Assembly (NCBI GenBank): GCA_026395295.1
Contig: JAPLYZ010000006.1
Span: forward strand, 21,836-85,835
From: Candidatus Staskawiczbacteria bacterium
GTDB taxonomy: Bacteria; Patescibacteriota; Minisyncoccia; Minisyncoccales; Staskawiczbacteraceae
DNA length: 64,000 nt
Direction: 5' to 3'
Part shown: positions 1-8,623 of the stretch, one piece after another
Numbering within the stretch: position 1 is the stretch's first letter
How the letters are laid out: each line of letters starts with the position of its first letter
Position numbers and translations under genes: made by a program
Notes under the pieces: generated by a model
What the model was told of the DNA's origin: nothing
The model's input: the letters and a program-made list of their open reading frames with translations, nothing else
Database searches by the model: none

Positions 1-1
1 T

Positions 2-415
2 TGCATTAAATGGCACCGGGTCTGGTTTTTGCCAAACCAAGGCATCAACGGCTATAAAGCCATTTTTTTCTAAAGCATTCCAAAAAATACCTATATCCTT
101 TTTCGCACAAAATGATATAAACCAGCCATTTGTTTTCTGGGTTGCCAACTCCAGCCATTCATTATTGAGTTTATCCCATTCCCCAAAATTAAAATTTAGT
201 TTAGCAGTTGTTCCAAGTCTTTCATTCTTACAATTTAAATCCTTACTTATACCATAAGGAGGGTCTGTAATTATCGAGCTAACGGCTCTGTCTGGTAATT
301 TTTTTAATTCTTCAATTGCATCACCACAAATAATTTGGTTAATTGGCAAAACAAAAGTTTGTTCTTTCTTATCATCAATCAGAATTTTCGATTTTTTTGC
401 TATTTGTAATGACAT
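2..415 (-). CDS. Site-specific DNA methyltransferase (N4/N6), N-terminal part; runs off the window start
   Basis: Manual translation from ATG at 415: MSLQIAKK...NQIICGDAIEELKKLPDRAVSSIITDPPYG...LVWQKPDPVP; DPPY catalytic motif. Confidence 0.85.
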   Translation of the reverse strand, partial: MSLQIAKKSKILIDDKKEQTFVLPINQIICGDAIEELKKLPDRAVSSIITDPPYGISKDLNCKNERLGTTAKLNFNFGEWDKLNNEWLELATQKTNGWFISFCAKKDIGIFWNALEKNGFIAVDALVWQKPDPVPFNA

Positions 416-541
416 AATATATTCGTTGATTTTATTGTATTATAGTATAAAAAATATTAAATACCAAATGCAAAGTACAAGCTTGTTTTTAGGGCTAAAA
501 AGTGGTAGTTTAGAATTGTAATAAAATAACAATTAAATATT

Positions 542-1420
542 ATGAATGATAAAATAAACCTAATTAAACCGCAAAAAATTAGTTTAGTAAACAACCCTGT
601 TTTAACTGAAAAATGGGTGCAGGAAATTATCGCAAACGATCCGACCATTTTAGGTTTGGGAGATTTAATATTAAAAGACAAAGAAAGAATGCAACCAAGA
701 GCTGGTAGGTTGGATTTATTACTGCAAGATGTCGATTCTGAAAGGAGATATGAAGTTGAATTGCAACTTGGCAAGGTGGACGAAAGCCATATTATAAGAA
801 CTATTGAATATTATGATATTGAGAAAAAAAGATACCCGCAATACGACCATTGCGCAGTTATTATTGCAGAAGATATAACTAATAGGTTTTTGAATGTAAT
901 AAATATTTTGAATGGAACCGTGCCGCTGATAGTGATAAAAATGGAGGCATACAAAAACGGCATTGACCATTGGCTTTGTTTTACAACTGTTCTTAGCGAA
1001 GTTAATTTGGGTTTAATTGAAGAAGATGAAATCGCAGAAGTTACAGACAGAAACTATTGGGAGGAACGGGCAAACACTAAAACGGTGGAATTAACAGACG
1101 AATTGTTGGCAATAATAAATGAATTTGCTGGCGGATACGAATTAAAATATAATAAATTTTATATTGGACTTGCCAAAGATGGGAAGGCAAATAATTTTAT
1201 AGTGTTTAGGCCACAAAAAATAAATGTAAGAGCGGAAATAAGGATAGACCAAAATGAAGAGCTGACTAAAGAAATAGAAGATTCGGGATTGGATTTAATG
1301 GAATATTCTAGCCAATGGGGGCGGTATAGAATAAGAATTTCAAAACAAGATTTAACGACACATAGGGACTTAATTATAAAAATATTTAAAATGGCATTTG
1401 AGCAGAACAATAGAGATTAG
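542..1420 (+). CDS. NucS-like PD-(D/E)xK endonuclease domain plus DUF5655-like C-terminal domain
   Basis: EKWVQEII...GRLDLLLQD...YEVELQLG motif; C-terminal ELKYNKFYIGL. Confidence 0.6.
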   Translation: MNDKINLIKPQKISLVNNPVLTEKWVQEIIANDPTILGLGDLILKDKERMQPRAGRLDLLLQDVDSERRYEVELQLGKVDESHIIRTIEYYDIEKKRYPQYDHCAVIIAEDITNRFLNVINILNGTVPLIVIKMEAYKNGIDHWLCFTTVLSEVNLGLIEEDEIAEVTDRNYWEERANTKTVELTDELLAIINEFAGGYELKYNKFYIGLAKDGKANNFIVFRPQKINVRAEIRIDQNEELTKEIEDSGLDLMEYSSQWGRYRIRISKQDLTTHRDLIIKIFKMAFEQNNRD

Positions 1421-1438
1421 TTAAATTTGTCGCCTGAC

Positions 1439-1467
1439 AAAAGCCCAACTCATTATAAGGGCTTTTT
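1439..1467 (+). terminator. Intrinsic terminator
   Basis: AAAAGCCC...GGGCTTTTT hairpin after the 542-1420 ORF. Confidence 0.6.
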
Positions 1468-1485
1468 GTTTGGCTTAAAAGGGGC

Positions 1486-1513
1486 TTGACACGGATTTAT
1501 GAAATGATATACT
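1486..1513 (+). promoter_or_regulatory. Sigma70 promoter of the HTH cluster
   Basis: TTGACA-16-TATACT; downstream inverted repeat AATACAT-N7-ATGTATT (1546-1566). Confidence 0.55.
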
Positions 1514-1603
1514 GAAAACTGAATAAATAACTTTAGATAAAAAGTAATACATGTCTTAGATGTATTTTTAGCCAATTATTACTTTTTTTTCTTATTAACC
1601 ACT

Positions 1604-1846
1604 ATGGATATAAAAGAAATAGATGTAATCAGAGAGCTTAAATCAACAAATAAGCTTTTAAGGGTAATCGTTTCCCTACTTCTTAAAAGGAAGGAAAAAG
1701 ATTTGCTTCCCTTGAAGGAACAGGTTGAGATTTTGTATGATTCTGGACTAAAACCAATTGAGATTGCTGAAATAATCGGTCGAAGCAATCTCTATGTTAA
1801 TAAAGAAATCTCCGGCATTAGAAAAAACAGGGAACAAAAAAAATAA
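1604..1846 (+). CDS. Small HTH protein 1
   Basis: EQVEILYDSGLKPIEIAEIIGRSNLYVNKEIS helix-turn-helix. Confidence 0.7.
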   Translation: MDIKEIDVIRELKSTNKLLRVIVSLLLKRKEKDLLPLKEQVEILYDSGLKPIEIAEIIGRSNLYVNKEISGIRKNREQKK

Positions 1847-1847
1847 T

Positions 1848-2018
1848 ATGGCAAAGAAACAAAAACAAGAGAATACAACGGATGAACTGCTTCGAGATAT
1901 CTTTATCACTCAGCTTGGTTTGGCGGGGCTTACTCAACATCAAATAAGAGAAATTGTTGGGGTGGATATGCACCGCGTAAATCGTATTGTAAAACATTTT
2001 AAAAAATTAAACAAATAA
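1848..2018 (+). CDS. Small HTH protein 2
   Basis: ATG at 1848; LGLAGLTQHQIREIVGVDMHRVNRIV. Confidence 0.7.
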   Translation: MAKKQKQENTTDELLRDIFITQLGLAGLTQHQIREIVGVDMHRVNRIVKHFKKLNK

Positions 2019-2019
2019 C

Positions 2020-2193
2020 ATGGAAAATAGTAAATTAGAGGAAAAAGTAGAGATTTTAGTAGAGTTAACGCGTCACAACTTGGTTCTCTCATTGTTCATG
2101 AGTGGAGCCACACAAGATGATATTTGCAAAAGTTTGCATATGAGTAAAACAAAGGTTGTAGACATGTTGAAAGGAGTTAAAAGAGATAAATAA
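2020..2193 (+). CDS. Small HTH protein 3 (57 aa, not in ORF track)
   Basis: Manual translation MENSKLEEKVEILVELTRHNLVLSLFMSGATQDDICKSLHMSKTKVVDMLKGVKRDK; fills the gap with 1-2 nt spacing. Confidence 0.7.
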   Translation: MENSKLEEKVEILVELTRHNLVLSLFMSGATQDDICKSLHMSKTKVVDMLKGVKRDK

Positions 2194-2195
2194 TT

Positions 2196-2429
2196 ATGGA
2201 GCAAGAAAAACTTTCGGAAATATCAAAAAAACTTAATGTGCTCATTGCCCTGTCAATCAAAAATTTAGGGGGAGAAAAAGATTTTGGCAACAAGGGACGA
2301 AAGCAAGGTGCTGGCGAATTAGCACGCTATCTTTCAGATTTTGACATAGATTCTAAGGATATAGCAGAGATATTGGGTGCTCCTCTACAAAGCATAAGGA
2401 CATTATTAACGCCTAAAAGAAGAAAATAA
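2196..2429 (+). CDS. Small HTH protein 4
   Basis: ELARYLSDFDIDSKDIAEILGAPLQSIRTLL. Confidence 0.7.
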   Translation: MEQEKLSEISKKLNVLIALSIKNLGGEKDFGNKGRKQGAGELARYLSDFDIDSKDIAEILGAPLQSIRTLLTPKRRK

Positions 2430-2430
2430 T

Positions 2431-3147
2431 ATGGCTCGTCCTTGTATTCTTGACCCGAAAATAATGTCAAAAATTGCCAAAAAAATTGGCAAAAAAGATA
2501 TTACTGCCATCAATGTAATGGTAAGTAAAAAAGCATCAAAGCTTGGCATATCTGCTGAGGCGGCTTTTGTAATTTTGGCTAATAGCTACGGCATAGGGAC
2601 TTCTACATATCAAAAAAACTTAGACGATTCGAAACGTGCAGAAATTAGAGATTCAATACCTATCATTTTGAATGGTGCTAATCACACAAATTCTAAAAAA
2701 CAGAACAAGAATTATAGAAGAATAACCAATAATAAGCTGGCTTTGAAAATAGTAATCAATAATTTAATAAAAGATAAAGAATTATTGAGCAGATGTGGGG
2801 ATATTTTAATGGCACATAAGCATTTTGATAGACCTATAAATCAAGCAACGCAAGTGCTTGAGGACAGGGTAAGAGATAAATCAAAACCAACGAGCAAATT
2901 AACTGGAGAAAGTTTGGTCGGGTATGCTTTTAATGAAGATTCGGCTAAAACCGTTCTACAAGTTTTTAGTAAAGACGCTGATGACCAAAGAGGTTTTACT
3001 CAAATTATGAGAGGAATTGTTCCTGCATTTAGAAATAAAACCCATCATCATCTTGTAAATAGTTTTACTCAAGAAGAGGCATTGTCGGTTTGTGGGTTTA
3101 TAGATGTTTTGTTAAGAGTAGTTGATAATTCAACAAAAATAAAATAG
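2431..3147 (+). CDS. TIGR02391 (Ymh-like) family protein
   Basis: ATQVLEDRVR...GESLVGYAF...DQRGFTQIMRG...FRNKTHH motif pattern. Confidence 0.65.
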   Translation: MARPCILDPKIMSKIAKKIGKKDITAINVMVSKKASKLGISAEAAFVILANSYGIGTSTYQKNLDDSKRAEIRDSIPIILNGANHTNSKKQNKNYRRITNNKLALKIVINNLIKDKELLSRCGDILMAHKHFDRPINQATQVLEDRVRDKSKPTSKLTGESLVGYAFNEDSAKTVLQVFSKDADDQRGFTQIMRGIVPAFRNKTHHHLVNSFTQEEALSVCGFIDVLLRVVDNSTKIK

Positions 3148-3286
3148 ATTTTTTAAATTTGAAACAATTCCTTAAATAAGAATTAAATTATCCATTTCAA
3201 CCTTCATCAAACTCCAATCAATACTTCTGAACGCATCCAGTAGGGGGCGCACGAAGCACTTGGTATCACGCGATGCCGAGACCATA

Positions 3287-3318
3287 AAAAAGCTCATTCC
3301 CTAAAAAGTGAGCTTTTT
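3287..3318 (+). terminator. Intrinsic terminator (possibly bidirectional)
   Basis: AAAAAGCTCA...TGAGCTTTTT. Confidence 0.6.
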
Positions 3319-3324
3319 GCTTGT

Positions 3325-3369
3325 TTGACATGGGTTTTGTTAAATAGTATACTAATAAAAATTAGTATA
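3325..3369 (+). promoter_or_regulatory. ars promoter with ArsR operator
   Basis: TTGACA-17-TATACT; perfect inverted repeat TATACTAAT-aaaa-ATTAGTATA overlapping the -10. Confidence 0.7.
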
Positions 3370-3377
3370 GCTTTTTT

Positions 3378-3656
3378 ATGGAAAAGAAAATAGATAAAAT
3401 AAACGAATTTCTCAAAATAATAGCCGACCCAAATCGGCTTAAAATTTTAGTTTTCTTAAAAAATAAACCTCAATGCGTTTGTAAGATTTACCCAATGCTT
3501 AAAATCTCTCAAAAATTGGCTTCACACCACTTGTCCCAATTAAGAAAGTTAGATCTGGTTAAGCAGGAGAGAAACGGAAATTTTATATATTACAGCATAA
3601 ATAAAAAAGTTTTTAAAAAATATATGCATATTCTTAATTCAACAATAAAAATATGA
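3378..3656 (+). CDS. arsR: ArsR/SmtB family repressor
   Basis: ADPNRLKIL...QCVCKI...SHHLSQLR. Confidence 0.9.
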   Translation: MEKKIDKINEFLKIIADPNRLKILVFLKNKPQCVCKIYPMLKISQKLASHHLSQLRKLDLVKQERNGNFIYYSINKKVFKKYMHILNSTIKI

Positions 3657-3940
3657 TAAAAATTTTAGGTATGGGTTGCCCAAGCTGTGCAACATTAGAG
3701 AAAAACGTAAAAGAGGCGTTAAAACAATTAAATAAAACCGACGAGGTTGTTAAAATAACCGATATTAAAGAAATTATGGGCTATGGAATAATGAGTGTGC
3801 CTGCTTTGGTTATTGACGAAAAAGTTTTAAGTTCCGGCACGGTTTTATCTGTTGATGAGGTAAAAGGTCTTCTTACAAATAATAAAGCCAGTGAAAACAC
3901 GCAAAAGCAGGGCGGTTGTTCGTGTGGCGGTAATTGTTAA
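3653..3940 (+). CDS. Small thioredoxin-like redox protein (MTH895/ArsE-type)
   Basis: IKILGMGCPSC...YGIMSVPALVIDE; Cys-rich tail CSCGGNC. Confidence 0.85.
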   Translation: MIKILGMGCPSCATLEKNVKEALKQLNKTDEVVKITDIKEIMGYGIMSVPALVIDEKVLSSGTVLSVDEVKGLLTNNKASENTQKQGGCSCGGNC

Positions 3941-3948
3941 TTAAAATT

Positions 3949-4914
3949 ATGAGTATTTTTTATCCAGTTCAGTTATTAGCAGATTGGTTAACATATAGTG
4001 TTTTTCATATTGCTACCGAAACAACACTGGCAGGAGCAGTCAATTTTTTTATTTTTGACACAATAAAGATTTTGATTTTATTGATTGTAATTATCTTTAT
4101 CGTTTCAATTATCCGTTCTTTTCTGCCTCCTGAAAAAATCAAAAAGATACTTTCTCGTAAAAATAAATATGTTGGTAATGTTTTAGCTTCGTTGCTTGGC
4201 ATAATAACGCCATTCTGTACCTGTTCTGCCATCCCCTTGTTCCTGGGCTTTGTTGAGGCAGGAGTTCCTCTTGGAACGACTTTTTCTTTCCTTGTTGCTT
4301 CTCCAATGATAAACGAAGTGGCACTGGTGTTATTATTTGGATTGTTCGGCTTAAAAGTAGCCAGCATTTACGTCGTAAGCGGTTTAATTATAGCGATTTT
4401 GTCGGGTATTATTATAGGTCATTTTAAAGTTGAAAACCTTGTAGAGGACTTTTCAAATGGTAAAAAAATAAATGAACTGGATTTGCCTTCTCTTTCGTGG
4501 AAACAAAGATTTATCTACGCCAGAAATTATACTTTTGATATTGTAAAAAAGGTTTGGTTATATGTCATTATTGGAATTGGAGTTGGGGCTTGGATACACG
4601 GCTATGTTCCAGCCGACCTAATAGCAAAATACGCAAACGGAAATAATTGGTATGCCGTTCCTTTGGCTGTGCTTATCGGAATACCTCTTTATTCAAATGC
4701 GGCGGGAGTAATACCGCTAATTGGAGTTTTAACTGAAAAGGGGGTATCAATGGGAACTGCACTTGCTTTGATGATGGCTGTAACGGGTTTGTCTCTCCCA
4801 GAGTTCCTTATTTTAAGGAAAGTAATGAAAACAAAGCTTATACTTATATTCGCTGGTATAGTGGGAGTTGGGATTATTTTTACAGGTTATTTATTTAATT
4901 CTTTAATGAAATAA
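3949..4914 (+). CDS. arsP: ArsP-type (DUF318) permease
   Basis: TPFCTCSAIP motif, multiple TM helices, ars context. Confidence 0.8.
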   Translation: MSIFYPVQLLADWLTYSVFHIATETTLAGAVNFFIFDTIKILILLIVIIFIVSIIRSFLPPEKIKKILSRKNKYVGNVLASLLGIITPFCTCSAIPLFLGFVEAGVPLGTTFSFLVASPMINEVALVLLFGLFGLKVASIYVVSGLIIAILSGIIIGHFKVENLVEDFSNGKKINELDLPSLSWKQRFIYARNYTFDIVKKVWLYVIIGIGVGAWIHGYVPADLIAKYANGNNWYAVPLAVLIGIPLYSNAAGVIPLIGVLTEKGVSMGTALALMMAVTGLSLPEFLILRKVMKTKLILIFAGIVGVGIIFTGYLFNSLMK

Positions 4915-4915
4915 T

Positions 4916-5359
4916 ATGGGGAAAAAAATAATTATAGGAATAGGAGTAATAGCTTTAATTTTGTTAGCCGTTTTCGTTGTTAAGCCAAAAAATAACCTCA
5001 TAAATAGCACAAATCAAACAGGAGCTACAAAGGTTCAAGTTTTTCTTTTCCACGCAACCCAACGATGCCCGACCTGTATTAGTATCGGAAGATTAGCAAG
5101 GGCTACGGTAGAGGAAAGGTTTGCAGAGCAACTTAAATCTGGCACGATAGAATTTAGAGAGGTTAACATTGATCTCCCAGAAAATAAAGCTCTTGCAGAA
5201 AAATTCCAAGCTACTGGTTCGGCTCTCTATATTAACGCAATTAAAGATGGGCAAGATAATATAGCAGAGGATACTATGGTCTGGCAACTTGCGTCTGGTT
5301 ACGAGATCAAGTTTAAGGATTATTTATCGGAGAAGTTAAACACCATATTGGAAATATAA
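4916..5359 (+). CDS. Membrane-anchored thioredoxin-fold protein (ArsF-like)
   Basis: N-terminal TM; FHATQRCPTC. Confidence 0.7.
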   Translation: MGKKIIIGIGVIALILLAVFVVKPKNNLINSTNQTGATKVQVFLFHATQRCPTCISIGRLARATVEERFAEQLKSGTIEFREVNIDLPENKALAEKFQATGSALYINAIKDGQDNIAEDTMVWQLASGYEIKFKDYLSEKLNTILEI

Positions 5360-6078
5360 TGGAATTTATCAATACTATAATCGCTAACTATAACATACCT
5401 GTTTTATCAGCTTTTCTGTTGGGCATATTAACCTCTATAAGCCCCTGCCCGTTAGCCACCAACGTAACAGCTATCGCCTATATCTCCAAAGACATTAAAA
5501 CTCCAAAGCACACGATTTTATCAGGTCTTTTTTATACTTTGGGGAGGGGAATAAGTTACACATTATTGGCGACTTTAATCTATTTTGGTTTCTCCACTTT
5601 TCAGATTTCCCGAATTTTTCAAGGGTGGGGAGATAAAGTTCTGGGGATTGTTTTGATTTTAATAGGTTTAGTTATGTTCGGGGTAATTAAGATAAATATA
5701 AAAAATAATAGCCAAATTATTGAAAAGGCAAAACTATGGCTGGCAGATAAGGGTTATTTTGGGTCGTTGTTATTAGGTATGCTATTCGCCCTTGCTTTCT
5801 GTCCTTATAGTGGGGCTTTATTCTTTGGGGTAGTAATCCCATTGATAGTAAATTCGGTCGGCGGTTTGTTGCTCCCTGCTTTTTTCGCTTTGGGAACTGG
5901 TTTGCCAGTAATCATCTTCGCTTTTCTTATTGCTTTTAGCGTGAATACTGCGAGCAAAGCATTCCAATCGGTGCAAAAAATAGAGAAATATGTTCGTTAT
6001 GGGGTAGCGTCTGTATTTGTCTTGACGGGAATTTATTATATGCAGTTTTTAATTAAATTTATTTTGGGTTATTTTTAA
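5359..6078 (+). CDS. CcdA/DsbD-like membrane protein (ArsG-like)
   Basis: ISPCPLATN and AFCPYSG motifs, about 6 TM. Confidence 0.75.
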   Translation: MEFINTIIANYNIPVLSAFLLGILTSISPCPLATNVTAIAYISKDIKTPKHTILSGLFYTLGRGISYTLLATLIYFGFSTFQISRIFQGWGDKVLGIVLILIGLVMFGVIKINIKNNSQIIEKAKLWLADKGYFGSLLLGMLFALAFCPYSGALFFGVVIPLIVNSVGGLLLPAFFALGTGLPVIIFAFLIAFSVNTASKAFQSVQKIEKYVRYGVASVFVLTGIYYMQFLIKFILGYF

Positions 6079-6281
6079 GTCGTTGGCTTCAAGCCCGGGA
6101 TATAAGTATATTCTTTATTCTCCTGTATGGCGGTTCTAACGTCGTCCAACTAGCCCGCGCTTTCGTGAAAGCTGTTTCGAAGACGGCTTTTTTGTTGTAT
6201 AATGGAGTAAACATTCATTCAGCGAAGATAATAAAGGTCGAAAAAATAATTAGCAGAGCTAAAAAATTAAATCATTTTTTT

Positions 6282-6755
6282 ATGAATATAGCATCTTATT
6301 TATTAGCCAGTCTTTACTCGGGCGTTTCTCCGTCATTCAATGTTGCGGCTTTGTCTTGCACAGTGAATGGACAGGAGGTGGCGTGCCCGGGGTGGGCAGG
6401 GCCTTTAATGGCGTTCTTCCCGATTGTGATGTTGCTTTTTGTTGCTTTCATTTTTGTTACAATGTGGATAATCTTCAAAAAAGCAAATCAGCCGGGCTGG
6501 GCAGCCATCATTCCTGTTTATAACATTGTTGTAATGTTGCAAATTGTGCGAAAGCCTACTTGGTGGGTTATTCTGTCTTTTGTTCCATTAGTCAACATAA
6601 TTATAGGGTTGATTGTCATGTACGAATTTGCCAAAGTTTTTGGCAAAGGGTTCGGGTTCTTTTTGGGAATGCTTTTCTTGCCTATAATTTTTTATCCTAT
6701 TCTGGCTTTCGGAAAGTCTGTCTATATGCCGGGCAGTCAAGCTAAAATCGCATAA
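6282..6755 (+). CDS. DUF5684-like membrane protein
   Basis: WIIFKKANQPGWAAIIPVYN...FGKGFGF...YPILAFG; probable ATG at 6282. Confidence 0.75.
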   Translation: MNIASYLLASLYSGVSPSFNVAALSCTVNGQEVACPGWAGPLMAFFPIVMLLFVAFIFVTMWIIFKKANQPGWAAIIPVYNIVVMLQIVRKPTWWVILSFVPLVNIIIGLIVMYEFAKVFGKGFGFFLGMLFLPIIFYPILAFGKSVYMPGSQAKIA

Positions 6756-6785
6756 CTTTCTCTGGACGTTTATCCTTTATTGACC

Positions 6786-6818
6786 AAAAAACCACCTTTT
6801 TACAAATAGGTGGTTTTT
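6786..6818 (+). terminator. Intrinsic terminator
   Basis: AAAAACCACCT...AGGTGGTTTTT. Confidence 0.65.
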
Positions 6819-6838
6819 GTTTTAGTAAGTATATTTAC

Positions 6839-6886
6839 TTGACACGGCTGGTTTTTTAAAATATAATCGCAAGTGCACCTTGACAA
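6839..6886 (+). promoter_or_regulatory. Consensus sigma70 promoter plus boxA-like motif (unit A)
   Basis: TTGACA-17-TATAAT, then GCACCTTGACAA at 6875. Confidence 0.7.
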
Positions 6887-6969
6887 AAGCAAAACCATAT
6901 ATGTTTTATCCCGCTATTGTGGCGGGAGCAGATGTGGGCTTTATAGTCTGGGAGAAAGGATTGGTTATT

Positions 6970-7725
6970 ATGAAGAGCATTGTATTGATAGTATCAGCAT
7001 TGTTTTGGTCGGCAACTGCCGTATTCTCCGCTGGTCCGGCAACGACCAGTGGCGACTGGAGGTTCAGCTTCGCGTTCGCCCCAAATTACTACGACACGTC
7101 CGGGGTGGAGTCGAAGTCAATTCCGGTCAACCCTGCGGATGCAGGATTCTTGCACGGCAACACCGAGGCGCGCGCACGCAGCGGCGTGGACTGGGCGTGC
7201 TTCGAGCTGGGCCTGGCGAAAAGTTTTCGCATCAGAAGCTGGGAAGGGCAACGCTGGTCATTACGACCAATAGTTGGGATTAACGCGCAGTTCAGTTTCC
7301 TTTCCTTGGGGTCAGACAGCTCGGATAATACGGACAGGGCCCTTTTCAATGTTAAGCAACAGTCTTCAGACACGCGGCCACCCTCGAGCGGATCGTTCGT
7401 GTATGACAAACTGAATCCCGGAATTGTAACCCCAATTCCATTTCTGGGCGTGGAAATCAACTGCGGAAACCTGATCCTGAGTCCCGAGATCGGATTTGCG
7501 TGCAAGCAGTTCTCCCGGGAATTTGGCGATTACAGGTGGGCAGTTTTTTCAGCCATCGGGAAGTCTTCTGAATGGGTATTCAGCCCCAGACCAGCGCTGA
7601 AAATCGGCTACAAATTTGATGAGAACATCGAAGTAGGCGTGTCCTGCGCGTACGAGTCCTACAAGTGTAGCTTCGGCACCGTGAAGGAGTTTTCGGCCGG
7701 CATCTACGGGCGAATCAGCTTCTAG
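6970..7725 (+). CDS. Secreted protein with outer-membrane beta-barrel-like features
   Basis: Signal peptide MKSIVLIVSALFWSATAVFSA; amphipathic strands; ends AGIYGRISF; GC-richer than flanks. Confidence 0.55.
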   Translation: MKSIVLIVSALFWSATAVFSAGPATTSGDWRFSFAFAPNYYDTSGVESKSIPVNPADAGFLHGNTEARARSGVDWACFELGLAKSFRIRSWEGQRWSLRPIVGINAQFSFLSLGSDSSDNTDRALFNVKQQSSDTRPPSSGSFVYDKLNPGIVTPIPFLGVEINCGNLILSPEIGFACKQFSREFGDYRWAVFSAIGKSSEWVFSPRPALKIGYKFDENIEVGVSCAYESYKCSFGTVKEFSAGIYGRISF

Positions 7726-7750
7726 CCCCTCTGCCTGGTCAGCGGTTTAT

Positions 7751-7784
7751 GCGGTTTCGTTCACTAAGCGAAACCGCCTTTTTT
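7751..7784 (+). terminator. Intrinsic terminator
   Basis: GCGGTTTCG...CGAAACCGC plus T6. Confidence 0.75.
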
Positions 7785-7801
7785 ATTCGGTGTCATAAAC
7801 C

Positions 7802-7849
7802 TTGACAGGATTGCAATTATGATATAAAGTATTTGTAGCACTTAAAATC
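7802..7849 (+). promoter_or_regulatory. Sigma70 promoter plus boxA-like motif (unit B)
   Basis: TTGACA-17-TAAAGT, then GCACTTAAAATC at 7838. Confidence 0.55.
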
Positions 7850-7913
7850 GGCGAATCCGAGCCTTGCATGGCTGCAAGGCAAGGACAAGCCAAAATATGG
7901 AAAGAAGACACCG

Positions 7914-8444
7914 ATGAAGAAAACAATCACAATTAAAACAGGTGATAAGCCGAAGCAGAAGAATGGAAAAACCGAAATGCAGAAGTTCCTGCTGGATCTC
8001 AGCCGCCAGATCGGCGCCGTGAAGCTGGGTGACGATGCTACTGGACCGAAGGAGGAAGTCGGACCAGGGGAAAGGGTTATCGGCACTTTGCCCGAAGACG
8101 TCAGGAAGCTCTTTGTTGTACACTCCAATCACATCGATGCGATGAATGGGCTGTGCAAGGGTTTCCACGCCTCATCATTGGAATTCCTTCTTGGCAAACC
8201 GCCTGAGCCCGAAGATGCGGTCGCTGCGGATCAACATGTCGTGTTGCACAGGCAGGTTGAACTCGTCAGCAATATCTTCTGGCACAGCGTCAGGAGAGCC
8301 TTTCCCGGAATTGCCTGCGAGGATCATATCGGGATCCGCAAGGACTGGCAGGTGGTCGTCATCCGCGAGCCCGAGTTGCCTAGTTCGGCGGTTGGTCTGG
8401 CTACTCTGCTGTCGCTATTGGGACGACAGCCTCATCGGGGTTAA
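7914..8444 (+). CDS. Hypothetical protein
   Basis: 176-aa ORF, GC-richer, own promoter and terminator (about 8478-8512). Confidence 0.6.
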   Translation: MKKTITIKTGDKPKQKNGKTEMQKFLLDLSRQIGAVKLGDDATGPKEEVGPGERVIGTLPEDVRKLFVVHSNHIDAMNGLCKGFHASSLEFLLGKPPEPEDAVAADQHVVLHRQVELVSNIFWHSVRRAFPGIACEDHIGIRKDWQVVVIREPELPSSAVGLATLLSLLGRQPHRG

Positions 8445-8623
8445 CGCCCCGCCCTAATTTCGGGAAACTAGTTTATGCCCCCTTTCGTTCACGCGAATCG
8501 GGGTCTTTTTTTATAGCTACCGTAGTATACGGATACTTTTAATTCTGCGACCGCAGAATTCAGCGTATTAGCTGGGTGGGCAGTTTAATTTGACATTAGG
8601 GATTTTTTGGTGTATAATTAAGT

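Noticed and set aside
3225..3252. tRNA gene
   Set aside because: Only a degenerate 3'-end-like stretch; no cloverleaf
8541..8560. Palindrome AATTCTGCG-AC-CGCAGAATT as a REP element
   Set aside because: Single copy in the window and no associated transposase; cannot be supported
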